Shown: positions 9,306 to 18,943 of the stretch, one piece after another
How positions within the stretch are numbered: position 1 is the first letter of the stretch
How the letters are laid out: every line of letters starts with the position of its first letter
From: a virus
Taxonomy: Duplodnaviria; Caudoviricetes
Reading direction: 5' to 3' (one strand)
Virus record (IMG/VR): IMGVR_UViG_3300032328_000860
Location: 1 to 64,000 of that record
Length of the DNA stretch: 64,000 bases
Translations under genes and position numbers: made by a program
Notes under the pieces: model-generated
What the model was told of the DNA's origin: nothing
The model's database searches: none
The model's input: the letters and a program-made list of their open reading frames with translations, nothing else

Positions 9306-9776
9306 ATGCTTAGACCATCATGGACAGATTATTTTTTGGGTTTGGCCAAGGTGGTTTCTCAGCGCAGTCATGATATACATACTAAACATGGTTGTGTTAT
9401 TACTGATCAAAACAATAGAATATTAGGTGTTGGCTATAACGGTTTTCCTAGAGGATTAAGAGACCAAGAACTTCCAACAGAAAGACCAGAAAAATATTTT
9501 TGGATGGTTCATTCAGAAATCAATGCTCTGGCTAATTGTGTAGTTAGGCCAGATAATGGTATAGCTTATGTAACAGGTCAATGTTGTAATAATTGCATTA
9601 TATCTTTGTGGCAGGAAGGTATTAAAACTGTCTATATGATAGATGATCATGGTACTTATTTGTTTGATGAAAATGCAAAAAAAAGATTCGATACTTTTGT
9701 TGAAATGAGCAATATAAAAATTCACAAAATAGATCCGGATCTTTCTTGGTTAAGTGGTGTTTGCGGTGTACTATGA
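9306..9776 (+). CDS. dCMP deaminase
   Basis: RPSW..YF, GYNGFPRG, HSE.NA and CxxC zinc motifs. Confidence 0.9.
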   Translation: MLRPSWTDYFLGLAKVVSQRSHDIHTKHGCVITDQNNRILGVGYNGFPRGLRDQELPTERPEKYFWMVHSEINALANCVVRPDNGIAYVTGQCCNNCIISLWQEGIKTVYMIDDHGTYLFDENAKKRFDTFVEMSNIKIHKIDPDLSWLSGVCGVL

Positions 9777-9843
9777 TCAATATAGTACCATGGTTCTATC
9801 GAAGAACTATCGGTTAATTCCAAAATATAGAAAGATTTTAATA

Positions 9844-10815
9844 ATGTTATTTGATGAACAAATTAGTCGCAAACCCGACCACTACCCTTGGACCCAAGAA
9901 TTCATAGAGGCTATGCATAATGGATTCTGGACTCATAGAGAGTTTAATTTTAGTAGTGACACTCAAGACTTTAAAGTGAATCTTACAGAACAAGAAAAAC
10001 AAATTATTACCCGAGCACTATCCACAATAGGTCAACTAGAGATTAGTGTGAAAAAATTCTGGGCTAAACTTGGAGATAATTTACCCCATCCTAGTATGAA
10101 TGATATGGGTTATGTTATGGCTAATGTTGAAGTTATCCATGGGGATGCCTATGAGAGACTGCTGGAAGTATTGGGTATAGATGATGCTTTTGAAGATATT
10201 TTACAATTAGATATTATTAAGGGGCGAGTTAATTATCTTAGAAAACATCTCCATAAATTTCATGACAATAATAAAAAACAATTTATTTACTCGCTCATTC
10301 TTTTTACTTTGTTTGTAGAAAACATAGCCTTGTTTTCTCAATTTTATACTATTAGTTTTTTTGGTAGATACAAGAATTTACTGAAAGACACTAATAAACA
10401 AGTTGAATATACTAGTAGAGAAGAAAATCTTCATTCTATGATAGGAATCAAGATCATAAATACCATTAAGCAAGAATATCCTGATTTGTTTGATGATGAG
10501 CTTAAGGCGAAGATAGAGCATGAGGCTAACGACGCCATTAAATATGAGTGTCAAATTATAGAATGGATAGTTAACGGATATACACATGAGAAACTTAATT
10601 CGGAACTTCTTAAAGAATTTATTAAGAACAGAATGAATGATTCTCTCCGGAAAATAGGATATGATTCAATTTTTGAAGTAGACGAGGCAACCATATCTAA
10701 AACATCTTGGTTTGATGAACAGGTATTAGGAAATAATATGACAGATTTTTTTCATAGCCGCCCAGTAGAGTATGCCAAGCACTCTCAAAGTTTCAGTGCG
10801 GAAGATTTATTTTAA
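9844..10815 (+). CDS. nrdB: Ribonucleotide reductase class I beta subunit (class Id/NrdBi-like)
   Basis: QLEISVK, EVIHGDAY, FVE and REENLH metal ligands; C-terminal DFFH.RPVEY. Confidence 0.92.
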   Translation: MLFDEQISRKPDHYPWTQEFIEAMHNGFWTHREFNFSSDTQDFKVNLTEQEKQIITRALSTIGQLEISVKKFWAKLGDNLPHPSMNDMGYVMANVEVIHGDAYERLLEVLGIDDAFEDILQLDIIKGRVNYLRKHLHKFHDNNKKQFIYSLILFTLFVENIALFSQFYTISFFGRYKNLLKDTNKQVEYTSREENLHSMIGIKIINTIKQEYPDLFDDELKAKIEHEANDAIKYECQIIEWIVNGYTHEKLNSELLKEFIKNRMNDSLRKIGYDSIFEVDEATISKTSWFDEQVLGNNMTDFFHSRPVEYAKHSQSFSAEDLF

Positions 10816-10841
10816 GAACCCATTATAAGCTTTAGGATAAG

Positions 10842-12494
10842 ATGACTAATAAAAAATATTACTGGTTAAATTCTCATAGTCGTATTTTTCTGGAACGAGG
10901 ATATGTCAAAGAAGGAATTACTCCGGAAACTAGAGTTAGGCAAATAGCCGAAACTGCACAATCTATTCTAAATATAGATTCATTTGCCGATAAATTTGAA
11001 GACTATATGAGTAGAGGATTTTATTCTTTGGCTACTCCTGTTTGGACAAATTTTGGTAACGATAGAGGTCTTCCAGTATCATGCTTTAACTCGTATATTC
11101 CAGATACTATGGATGGCATTCTAAATAAAGTGGCAGAAGTTGGAATGATGAGCAAGCTTGGTGGTGGAACAAGCGGTTATTTTGGAGACCTTAGACATAG
11201 AGGAGCGAAAATTAGTGTTGGTGGTGAAAGTAGCGGGCCTGTTCATTTTATGGAGCTATTTGACAAAGTAGCAGAAGTTGTGTCCCAAGGATCTGCTAGA
11301 AGAGGGTCATTTGCTGCTTATTTACCCGTTGAACATCCAGATATAGAAGAATTTTTACAAATACGTTCAGAAGGCCATAACATTCAAAATATGAGTATTG
11401 GCATTACAATAACTGATGAATGGATGAAAGATATGGTGGCCGGTGATAAAGATAAAAGAAAAATATGGGCTAAAATAATTCAAAAAAGATTTCAAACAGG
11501 GTATCCATATTTACTTTTTTCCGACAATGTTAATAACAACGCTCCTCAGCCATATAAAGATAAAAGACTTAAAATAAAAAGCTCAAATTTATGTTCCGAA
11601 ATCACCTTGCATTGTGATGAAGATAATTCTTTCGTGTGTGTTTTATCTTCTCTTAATCTATTACATTGGGATGAGATAAAGAATACTGATGCGGTGGAAA
11701 CCCTTGTGTATTTTTTGGATGCAGTAAATGAAGAATTTATTCGTAAAACAATAGATAGTAAATTCATGGAGTCTGCTCATAATTTTGCTAAAAACCAAAG
11801 AGCGTTGGGTATGGGTGTTTTAGGTTGGCATTCTTTATTACAGTCTAAAATGATTTCTTTTGAATCAATGGCAGCTAAAAACTTAAATGTAGATATATGG
11901 AAAACTATTAGAGCTAGGTCAGACAAAGCTTCTATCGAAATGGCAGAAAAATTTGGCGAACCAGAACTGCTTAAAGGATACAACAAGAGAAATGTAACAA
12001 CACTAGCAGTTGCTCCGACAACTAGCAGTAGTTTTATATTAGGACAGGTAAGTCCATCGATAGAGCCTTTAAATTCTAATTATTTTGTAAAGAAATTAGC
12101 TAAAGGTAGTTTTACATACAAAAATCCATATCTAAAAAAAATATTAAAAGAGAAGAATCAAGACAGAGAAGAAGTATGGAAAGATATTTTAGTTAGAGGC
12201 GGTAGTGTTCAACATTTAGATTTTCTAACTAAAGAAGAGAAAGATGTATTTAAAACATTTGGAGAAATTAGTCAAAAAGAAATTGTTATTCAAAATATAC
12301 AAAGGCAAAAATATATAGATCAGGCGGTATCTTTAAATTTAATGATTCCGCCAAATTGCCCAGCTAAAGAAGTCAGTGAACTACTTATTTTTGGATGGGA
12401 AAATGGGATAAAAACATTTTATTACCAGAGATCATCCAACCCGGCTCAAGAATTAGCGAGAAGTATTTTAACCTGTAGTAGTTGTGAATCTTAA
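10842..12494 (+). CDS. nrdA: Ribonucleotide reductase class I alpha subunit (short, no ATP cone)
   Basis: PVSC, SNLCSEI, APTTSSS, YYQRS and C-terminal CSSC. Confidence 0.95.
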   Translation: MTNKKYYWLNSHSRIFLERGYVKEGITPETRVRQIAETAQSILNIDSFADKFEDYMSRGFYSLATPVWTNFGNDRGLPVSCFNSYIPDTMDGILNKVAEVGMMSKLGGGTSGYFGDLRHRGAKISVGGESSGPVHFMELFDKVAEVVSQGSARRGSFAAYLPVEHPDIEEFLQIRSEGHNIQNMSIGITITDEWMKDMVAGDKDKRKIWAKIIQKRFQTGYPYLLFSDNVNNNAPQPYKDKRLKIKSSNLCSEITLHCDEDNSFVCVLSSLNLLHWDEIKNTDAVETLVYFLDAVNEEFIRKTIDSKFMESAHNFAKNQRALGMGVLGWHSLLQSKMISFESMAAKNLNVDIWKTIRARSDKASIEMAEKFGEPELLKGYNKRNVTTLAVAPTTSSSFILGQVSPSIEPLNSNYFVKKLAKGSFTYKNPYLKKILKEKNQDREEVWKDILVRGGSVQHLDFLTKEEKDVFKTFGEISQKEIVIQNIQRQKYIDQAVSLNLMIPPNCPAKEVSELLIFGWENGIKTFYYQRSSNPAQELARSILTCSSCES

Positions 12495-12533
12495 AATTTT
12501 TATATTACACCAATATAGTAAGGAAATTAAAAA

Positions 12534-12899
12534 ATGGGCAGTGTATTTTTAGATCAGACAAACTTTATGGTGGCTTGTGATCAAACTGTTTGTGAATGGA
12601 ATAAAAATCAGCTAGATATGTATCATACATTAATTAAAGAAGAATGTAAAGAACTACAAGAAGCTTTTGCTTCTGAAGATAAAGTAGAGATACTGGATGC
12701 TCTTATAGATATCATAGTAGTAACGGTTGGTGCAATTAATAGCATGGGTGCTAATGGCCAAGCCGCCTGGGATGAAGTTATGCAAACGAACTTTGCTAAA
12801 ATAGATCCAGAAACAGGAAAAGTTAAAAAAAGAGAAGATGGAAAAGTATTGAAGCCAGATAATTGGATAGGGCCTAATTTAAAACCTTATGTTATATGA
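12534..12899 (+). CDS. MazG-like/PRA-PH nucleotide pyrophosphohydrolase
   Basis: LIKEECKEL..EILDALIDI..V..N..K..REDGKVLKP. Confidence 0.85.
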   Translation: MGSVFLDQTNFMVACDQTVCEWNKNQLDMYHTLIKEECKELQEAFASEDKVEILDALIDIIVVTVGAINSMGANGQAAWDEVMQTNFAKIDPETGKVKKREDGKVLKPDNWIGPNLKPYVI

Positions 12900-12901
12900 C
12901 C

Positions 12902-12919
12902 ATGGTGTATATACTAATA
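12902..12919 (+). promoter_or_regulatory. ATGGTGTAT motif, candidate phage promoter
   Basis: Intergenic, upstream of phoH. Confidence 0.45.
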
Positions 12920-12958
12920 CTAAATTGGTATAAATAACTCTATAGCAAAGGAACTCAA

Positions 12959-13693
12959 TTGAGAAAAAACAACAAGTCTAGTAAGAAAAGATCCAAAGTA
13001 ATCGATGCCACAAATATTCCACTAGAATCAAGTACTCCCATCTATAGAAACAGATTAAAGCCTAGAACAGACAATCAAAAAGAATATATAAGAACTGCGA
13101 TAGAAAATACGATTACATTTTGTCAAGGATTAGCCGGTAGTGGCAAAACCCACATAGCTATCGGCATGGCGTTAGAATATTTGCTGGACGAAAAAGTAAA
13201 AAAAATTATTATTACTAGACCAATCTTGGAAGCTGGTGAAAAAATAGGTTATTTACCAGGATCAGCAGAAGAAAAATTACATCCTTATTTATTGCCAATT
13301 CTAGATGAAATCAATCATTTTATATCGCCAGCACAATATGCCACTTTAAGACTCAATAATAAAATAGAAGTTATACCATTGGGTCTTATGAGAGGCAGAA
13401 ATTTTCATAATTCATTTATAGTTGCTGATGAATGCCAGAATGCATCATATGAACAATTAAAAATGTTAATAACCAGAATAGGACAAAATAGCAAAATGAT
13501 TTTAACTGGAGATGTAAAGCAATCAGATCTTAATAGACATCTACAGGGTGGTTTTTCGCATATTATCAATGCACTAAAAACCGTAGAAGGCATTGGATAT
13601 TCAGAACTACATGCTTCTGATATCGTTAGAAATCCTATTATAGCAAACATATTAAAGATACTAGATTCTCATGAGAATACAGGACCAGCATAG
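12959..13693 (+). CDS. phoH: PhoH family ATPase
   Basis: GLAGSGKT, ITRP, GYLPG, MRGRNF, DECQN, GDVKQSD and DIVRNP. Confidence 0.95.
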   Translation: MRKNNKSSKKRSKVIDATNIPLESSTPIYRNRLKPRTDNQKEYIRTAIENTITFCQGLAGSGKTHIAIGMALEYLLDEKVKKIIITRPILEAGEKIGYLPGSAEEKLHPYLLPILDEINHFISPAQYATLRLNNKIEVIPLGLMRGRNFHNSFIVADECQNASYEQLKMLITRIGQNSKMILTGDVKQSDLNRHLQGGFSHIINALKTVEGIGYSELHASDIVRNPIIANILKILDSHENTGPA

Positions 13694-14255
13694 TAAGTGT
13701 TTATTGCTTAATGCGGATTATTTTCCTTTGAAGACCATATCATGGAAAAGAGCTATGGTATGGTCTATCAAATATAAAGACTCTCCAGAATATGGAATAG
13801 AAATACTTGATTATTATAATAATGAATATATTCGTGGTACCGGAGATAGACTTTATAAAGTGCCTTCTGTAGCTAAAACCATAAAATATTTCAATATATA
13901 TAATCGTAAAATTAATTTTTCTAGAAATAATCTATTTATTAGAGACGATTTTACTTGTCAGTATTGCGGTATTAAGCTTGCTCAGTCTCAACTAACATAT
14001 GATCACATTATACCAAAATCCAGATTCCTAAAAAACAAAACCTTATCGACGAACTGGACCAATATTGTAACTGCATGTAGACCATGTAACCATAGAAAAG
14101 CTAATAGAACACCGGTAGAGGCCGGTATGCAGTTAATAAAACAACCAATAGAACCACAATATGGATTAAAGTACTTGCCTTGGTATCAAGAGGCTTCTAC
14201 TATAACTAACAATAGCACCTGGGAACCTTTTATAAAGAATATGCAAAATGTCTAA
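13671..14255 (+). CDS. HNH endonuclease
   Basis: RDDFTCQYCG..TYDHIIPKS..WTNIVTACRPCNHRK. Confidence 0.9.
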   Translation: MRIQDQHSKCLLLNADYFPLKTISWKRAMVWSIKYKDSPEYGIEILDYYNNEYIRGTGDRLYKVPSVAKTIKYFNIYNRKINFSRNNLFIRDDFTCQYCGIKLAQSQLTYDHIIPKSRFLKNKTLSTNWTNIVTACRPCNHRKANRTPVEAGMQLIKQPIEPQYGLKYLPWYQEASTITNNSTWEPFIKNMQNV

Positions 14256-14655
14256 TCATATTTTCACCACCATTAAATCTAATAACCATGAATCTTTTTA
14301 TTGTTTAGCAGGTAAAGAAGATTTTGTAGATGAATCTGGATATCCTAGATTGTCGGACGCAGACAACACTAATATAGCAGCTAAAATTATACAAAATAAA
14401 AAAGGTAAACATTTTAATGATACCGCTTCATACAATAGTTATTATATTAAATGCAGTCCAAATAATACTCTTTATAATCCGATAGAACTTCATTCTATTA
14501 AAGACACTAAAACACAGTACGGATTTATAGATAAAACATGTAAAAATGAATGGTCTTTTAAGCAAGTTGATCATCATGTATTCTATAAATATTTAACTTT
14601 TTTACAAACTAAAAATATTTCTTGGCTAAACGATGCTGAGCGTGAATTAAAATAA
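14248..14655 (+). CDS. Hypothetical protein, paralog of 15361..15750
   Basis: Shared YC..KEDF.D..G.PR, YYIK, LYNP and YL.FL.TKN..WL..AERE. Confidence 0.7.
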   Translation: MSNHIFTTIKSNNHESFYCLAGKEDFVDESGYPRLSDADNTNIAAKIIQNKKGKHFNDTASYNSYYIKCSPNNTLYNPIELHSIKDTKTQYGFIDKTCKNEWSFKQVDHHVFYKYLTFLQTKNISWLNDAERELK

Positions 14656-14656
14656 T

Positions 14657-15004
14657 ATGCCAACCTATACATATTGTTGTGATAAATGCACACGAAAATT
14701 TGAACTGTTCTATTCATATACGGAATACCAGAGTTCTCCATTGTGCGTTCAATGTAAATCGTCGGATACATATCGGTCATATAGTGATGATTTATCCAAT
14801 GCTATATGTAGCGTAAGAAAACACTCTAGCGAATTAAAAACAGTAGGAGACTTAGCCAATCGCAATAGAGATAATATGAGTGATGATCAAAAAATTGAAT
14901 TATATTCTAAGCATAATTCTTATAAGGACAATTCCGACAGCAAACCACTGCCGAAAGGTATGAAAAGAATTAAAAAATCGAAAACTAAAAATAAATGGAT
15001 CTAA
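14657..15004 (+). CDS. FmdB-family zinc ribbon protein
   Basis: MPTYTYCCDKC..FE...CVQC.S. Confidence 0.8.
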   Translation: MPTYTYCCDKCTRKFELFYSYTEYQSSPLCVQCKSSDTYRSYSDDLSNAICSVRKHSSELKTVGDLANRNRDNMSDDQKIELYSKHNSYKDNSDSKPLPKGMKRIKKSKTKNKWI

Positions 15005-15007
15005 TAT

Positions 15008-15364
15008 ATGTTAGAAGATAAAACAGAACAAAATAATCAAGACCCGCCAGATCGTGAATTCTTAGAAAAAATGTTGGCTGGAGTAGCCCAACAATACGGA
15101 AGTTCCGATCTTCATAGACAAATACAGATTAACAATCAAAAACTTATCGATTGTAGGCACGAAATTGTTATGTCATTAACAGCTTTTGTTTATCAACAAG
15201 ACGATGAGGGCAAAGATATAGCCGCCGCAGAAATTTGTAGAAAAAATTTTCATATTCCGGTACCAGCCAACCACGACTATCATGATTATATGAAGAGTTT
15301 TTTTGGTTTCTTAGAAAACTGTATATCCGAATCCGCAACATCCTCAGACAATAAAGGGTTATGA
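15008..15364 (+). CDS. Hypothetical protein
   Basis: 118-aa ORF in a tight operon. Confidence 0.6.
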   Translation: MLEDKTEQNNQDPPDREFLEKMLAGVAQQYGSSDLHRQIQINNQKLIDCRHEIVMSLTAFVYQQDDEGKDIAAAEICRKNFHIPVPANHDYHDYMKSFFGFLENCISESATSSDNKGL

Positions 15365-15750
15365 TAATGAATGAATATATTTTTAATCCTAATTCTACAA
15401 AAACCCTAGTATCTACTACCAACGAATACTATTGTGTTAAAGATAAAGAAGACTTTCTAGATAATGGTGGACTGCCTAGAAAAAATCAAGACAGCGATGA
15501 TGTACTGGCTAAAAAAATTATAAAAGACGGAGGTCAGCCACAATACTATATCAAAGTTTCTAACATTAATAAATTATATAATCCTGTGAATGTAATACAG
15601 GAGGAGAAGGCCTATAGTTTTCTAGATAATGTTTGCAGACCATCGGACAGATTTAAGTCTGTTAATAGTAAGGTATTCGATTTGTATTTAAACTTTTTAT
15701 CAACAAAAAATACAGCATGGTTGTATAAAGCAGAAAGAGAGATGATATGA
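15361..15750 (+). CDS. Hypothetical protein, paralog of 14248..14655
   Basis: Full-length similarity to 14248..14655. Confidence 0.7.
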   Translation: MIMNEYIFNPNSTKTLVSTTNEYYCVKDKEDFLDNGGLPRKNQDSDDVLAKKIIKDGGQPQYYIKVSNINKLYNPVNVIQEEKAYSFLDNVCRPSDRFKSVNSKVFDLYLNFLSTKNTAWLYKAEREMI

Positions 15751-16085
15751 TGGCTAAGCTAAATAAAACACAAATATATGCTATATATTGGTTAAACAGT
15801 CAGAATAAAGATATAGATTTTATTTCTAATGATCTTAATATTACAAATAAACAAGTATCAAATATTCTAAGTAAGAATATAGATACTTCAGTTAATGACA
15901 GCAGTGCTGTTATTAATAATAATGCTAAGAATCTAATGATAACCCATACTTCTGGTCAAAAAGCTAATACAGTGGCAATTATGACTAAAGATGCTTCTTC
16001 TCTTGGAGATAAAATTAAGTCAGAAAGCGTGTCTATAAATAATAGAAACGATAGTGCTATTTTTAGACCCAAAAAGAACAAATGA
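15747..16085 (+). CDS. Hypothetical protein with possible N-terminal HTH
   Basis: IDFISNDLNITNKQVSNIL resembles a helix-turn-helix. Confidence 0.5.
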   Translation: MMAKLNKTQIYAIYWLNSQNKDIDFISNDLNITNKQVSNILSKNIDTSVNDSSAVINNNAKNLMITHTSGQKANTVAIMTKDASSLGDKIKSESVSINNRNDSAIFRPKKNK

Positions 16086-16504
16086 AATTTCCATCTAGAT
16101 ACTCTAATGGTAAGGAAGTATCAGCAGCTCAGTATATTACTGAACTTATTTGTGAACACCAAGCTAAAAGAAATCAATTAGATTTACATTATAGATTCTG
16201 GGTAAGTCCAGAATGGTCGAAATATTATAGAAATCAAATAGCATCAGCAAATAAGTTAGTAGTACAATATCATCCAAAAGCTATTGTAAGAGCACTCAAC
16301 GATAAGAGAGCAGAAAAAATATATTCCTTACGGGCACCACACCTACTACCTATTATACAAGAGTACCAGAACCAGATTGAAAATGAGAAATCTTCACCAA
16401 AACACGAATCCCTTATAGAGCGTAAAGAAAAACCTTCTCACAGACAATCGCATAATAAAACTAATATTTTTTCAAAACTTGAGGAATTAGATAATGAGCC
16501 TTAA
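16082..16504 (+). CDS. Hypothetical protein
   Basis: 140-aa ORF overlapping both neighbours. Confidence 0.65.
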   Translation: MKFPSRYSNGKEVSAAQYITELICEHQAKRNQLDLHYRFWVSPEWSKYYRNQIASANKLVVQYHPKAIVRALNDKRAEKIYSLRAPHLLPIIQEYQNQIENEKSSPKHESLIERKEKPSHRQSHNKTNIFSKLEELDNEP

Positions 16505-18530
16505 AGAAGACGTAATTAAAAACTTTGGAGATGAGATCATACTATCTGGTAGCGCTTTAGTCGATAAAAATGTTGTAGTTATACCAGTAAGCCCATCTCT
16601 AGACATAGCTTTAAATGGAGGCATACCAGAAGGTAGTTTTGTGATTCTAACTGGTCAGCCTAAATGCGGAAAACTTCAGAGATTAACAGATTTGATTTAT
16701 ACTCCCAATGGTCCAAAAATGATTGGATCTATCCAAATTGGAGACCTAATATGCAATCCTTATGGTTCGGTATCTAGTGTTATGGGAGTGTATCCTCAAG
16801 GTAAAAAAGATATTTATGAAGTAAAATTTAATGATGGATCAAAAACTTACTGCGGTTTAGAACACAACTGGACTGTAGCAAAAAATGACAGGACAACTAA
16901 TTATGTGACCATGACATTAGAAGAAATTCTAAAAGATGGACTAAGATATAGCGACAGATGGAAATGGAAAATTCAATTGACTAAACCTGTTTATTTTACA
17001 CAAAAGAAAAAACTCTGTATTGATCCATATATTCTAGGATGTATATTAGGAGATGGTGGAATAACGAATAAGACTCCAAAAATTACATCCTCGGATACTT
17101 TTGTCATAAATAAATTTAAACAGTTTTGTCAATCCAGAGGCTTATCTCTTAAGCATATTGCTAATTATGACTATAGAATAAGTAGCAAGAATACAAGGAA
17201 TATATTGGTTAGAAATACAGTAACTAAAGATCTAAAAAAACTTAAATTGATGGGCTGTTCTTCTCATACAAAATTTATACCTAATATATATAAATATTCC
17301 TCTATTAATAATAGATGGAAACTTATAAGAGGATTGATGGACACCGATGGTTACAATGATAATGGCTTAAGAGCTGAATATAGCTCGGTATCTGAAAAAC
17401 TAGCGAATGATGTTAGAGAAGTATTAGAAAGTCTTGGATATACTTGTAATATTACAAATAGATCTACGTCGTGTAACGGCAAAACATTCTTATCATATAG
17501 ACTACATATTCATGGTAATAATATTGATAAATTATTTAATTTACCAAGAAAAAAGAGCGGAAACAAAAGAAAAAAACCAGAGCTATTTAGAACCATAATA
17601 GAGGTTAATAAGATTGGTAAAGAAGAATCTGTTTGTATAGAAGTAGATCATCCAGAAGGTCTCTATTTAACTAATAATTTTATAGTTACACATAATACCA
17701 CAACAAGTCTAGATTTTGCGGCAACAGCACAAAAAAAGGAATATGCTAGTGGATCTTTCAAAGAAGGTAGGCATGTGTACTATCTAAATATCGAAGGTAG
17801 ACTTAAGAAAAGAGATCTTGAAGGAATAGATGGTTTAGATCTGAGTCGCTTTGAAATTATAGGTTCTCAACAAGGTAAGATTCTTCATGGTGAAGAATAT
17901 TTGCAAATTGCTGAACGTATTATTAATGAGGTTCCCGGTTGTGTACTAATTATTGATTCTTATTCAGCTTTATGCACAGAAGCAGAGATCACATCTGATA
18001 TGGATAAAATGCAAAGAGCTGACGGTGCCAAACTATTAGCTAAGTTCTGTCGTAAAGTAGCAAATGTTATTCCGGTCAATAAAAATATAGTCATAGGTAT
18101 TACTCACTTGATGGGAAATCCCACCGGATATGGAGCAGAATTTAAAGAGAAATCCGGCCAAGCTATAGCATATCAAACTGACATCAAGCTAAGAGCCAAA
18201 ACTTTTAAACCATGGCTTCTAGGGGCAGATAATACGCAAATAGGACAGGAAATAGAGTGGCAAGTGGTATGCTCTGCTCTAGGACCACCAGGGGCTGTAA
18301 CCACTAGTTATATAAGATATGGTCAGGGAATAGACAAATGCACAGAACTTATTAATTTAGCTTCTGATGTTGGCGTTATTCATAAGGGTGGTGCATGGTA
18401 CACTATTACTGTTGTGGACGATAAGCCTAAATTTCAAGGAACAGAAAAAGTTAGACAGTATCTATTGGACAATATTAAATCATATAATCAAGTACAAAAA
18501 GCAGTTAAAGAGGTGTTGGGAATTAAATGA
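16494..18530 (+). CDS. recA: RecA-family recombinase containing an intein
   Basis: SLDIALNGGIPEG; P-loop GQPKCGK|TT after splicing; Walker B IIDS; KGGAWY and KFQG. Confidence 0.9.
   Translation: MSLKEDVIKNFGDEIILSGSALVDKNVVVIPVSPSLDIALNGGIPEGSFVILTGQPKCGKLQRLTDLIYTPNGPKMIGSIQIGDLICNPYGSVSSVMGVYPQGKKDIYEVKFNDGSKTYCGLEHNWTVAKNDRTTNYVTMTLEEILKDGLRYSDRWKWKIQLTKPVYFTQKKKLCIDPYILGCILGDGGITNKTPKITSSDTFVINKFKQFCQSRGLSLKHIANYDYRISSKNTRNILVRNTVTKDLKKLKLMGCSSHTKFIPNIYKYSSINNRWKLIRGLMDTDGYNDNGLRAEYSSVSEKLANDVREVLESLGYTCNITNRSTSCNGKTFLSYRLHIHGNNIDKLFNLPRKKSGNKRKKPELFRTIIEVNKIGKEESVCIEVDHPEGLYLTNNFIVTHNTTTSLDFAATAQKKEYASGSFKEGRHVYYLNIEGRLKKRDLEGIDGLDLSRFEIIGSQQGKILHGEEYLQIAERIINEVPGCVLIIDSYSALCTEAEITSDMDKMQRADGAKLLAKFCRKVANVIPVNKNIVIGITHLMGNPTGYGAEFKEKSGQAIAYQTDIKLRAKTFKPWLLGADNTQIGQEIEWQVVCSALGPPGAVTTSYIRYGQGIDKCTELINLASDVGVIHKGGAWYTITVVDDKPKFQGTEKVRQYLLDNIKSYNQVQKAVKEVLGIK
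16674..17696 (+). mobile_element. Class-3-type intein (341 aa, starts with Leu) with LAGLIDADG endonuclease, in the RecA P-loop
   Basis: LQRLTDLIYTPNG, CGLEHNW, PYILGCILGDG, IRGLMDTDG, SVCIEV and IVTHN|T. Confidence 0.88.
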
Positions 18531-18943
18531 ATATTATTGATTTGGATGGCAATAGACATAACTGGAATCTTACGGGGAATATTGCTAAAGCTAGAATACA
18601 CGATAAATCATCTTTCCACTTAGTCGCCAGACAATTATTAATAGAAACATATCCAACTTTACAAATTTTAGAAGAAGTACCAATACAACTTAGAAAATCA
18701 GAAACATTATATCTAGATTTTTTCTTGCCACTAATAAAGACAGCAATAGAAGTTCATGGACAACAACACTATGAATTTATTCCATTTTACCATGGCAATA
18801 GAATGTCATTTTTAAAAGCTCAAAAAAAAGATAGAGAAAAAGAGGAGTGGTGCCTACTCAATGGATTAAAATTTGTTGCATTGCCGTATAATGAAACAGT
18901 AGATCAATGGAAAAATAAAATCTATGAACAACAAAACATCTAA
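18527..18943 (+). CDS. PD-(D/E)xK endonuclease, Vsr/DUF559-like
   Basis: LYLDFFLP..AIEVHGQQHY..QKKDREK..WC. Confidence 0.75.
   Translation: MNIIDLDGNRHNWNLTGNIAKARIHDKSSFHLVARQLLIETYPTLQILEEVPIQLRKSETLYLDFFLPLIKTAIEVHGQQHYEFIPFYHGNRMSFLKAQKKDREKEEWCLLNGLKFVALPYNETVDQWKNKIYEQQNI

Noticed and set aside
16665-16676. RecA intein starting at the Cys of PKCGK (canonical class 1)
   Set aside because: Splicing there would delete the Walker A GK; block A alignment and the WCT triad favour Leu1.
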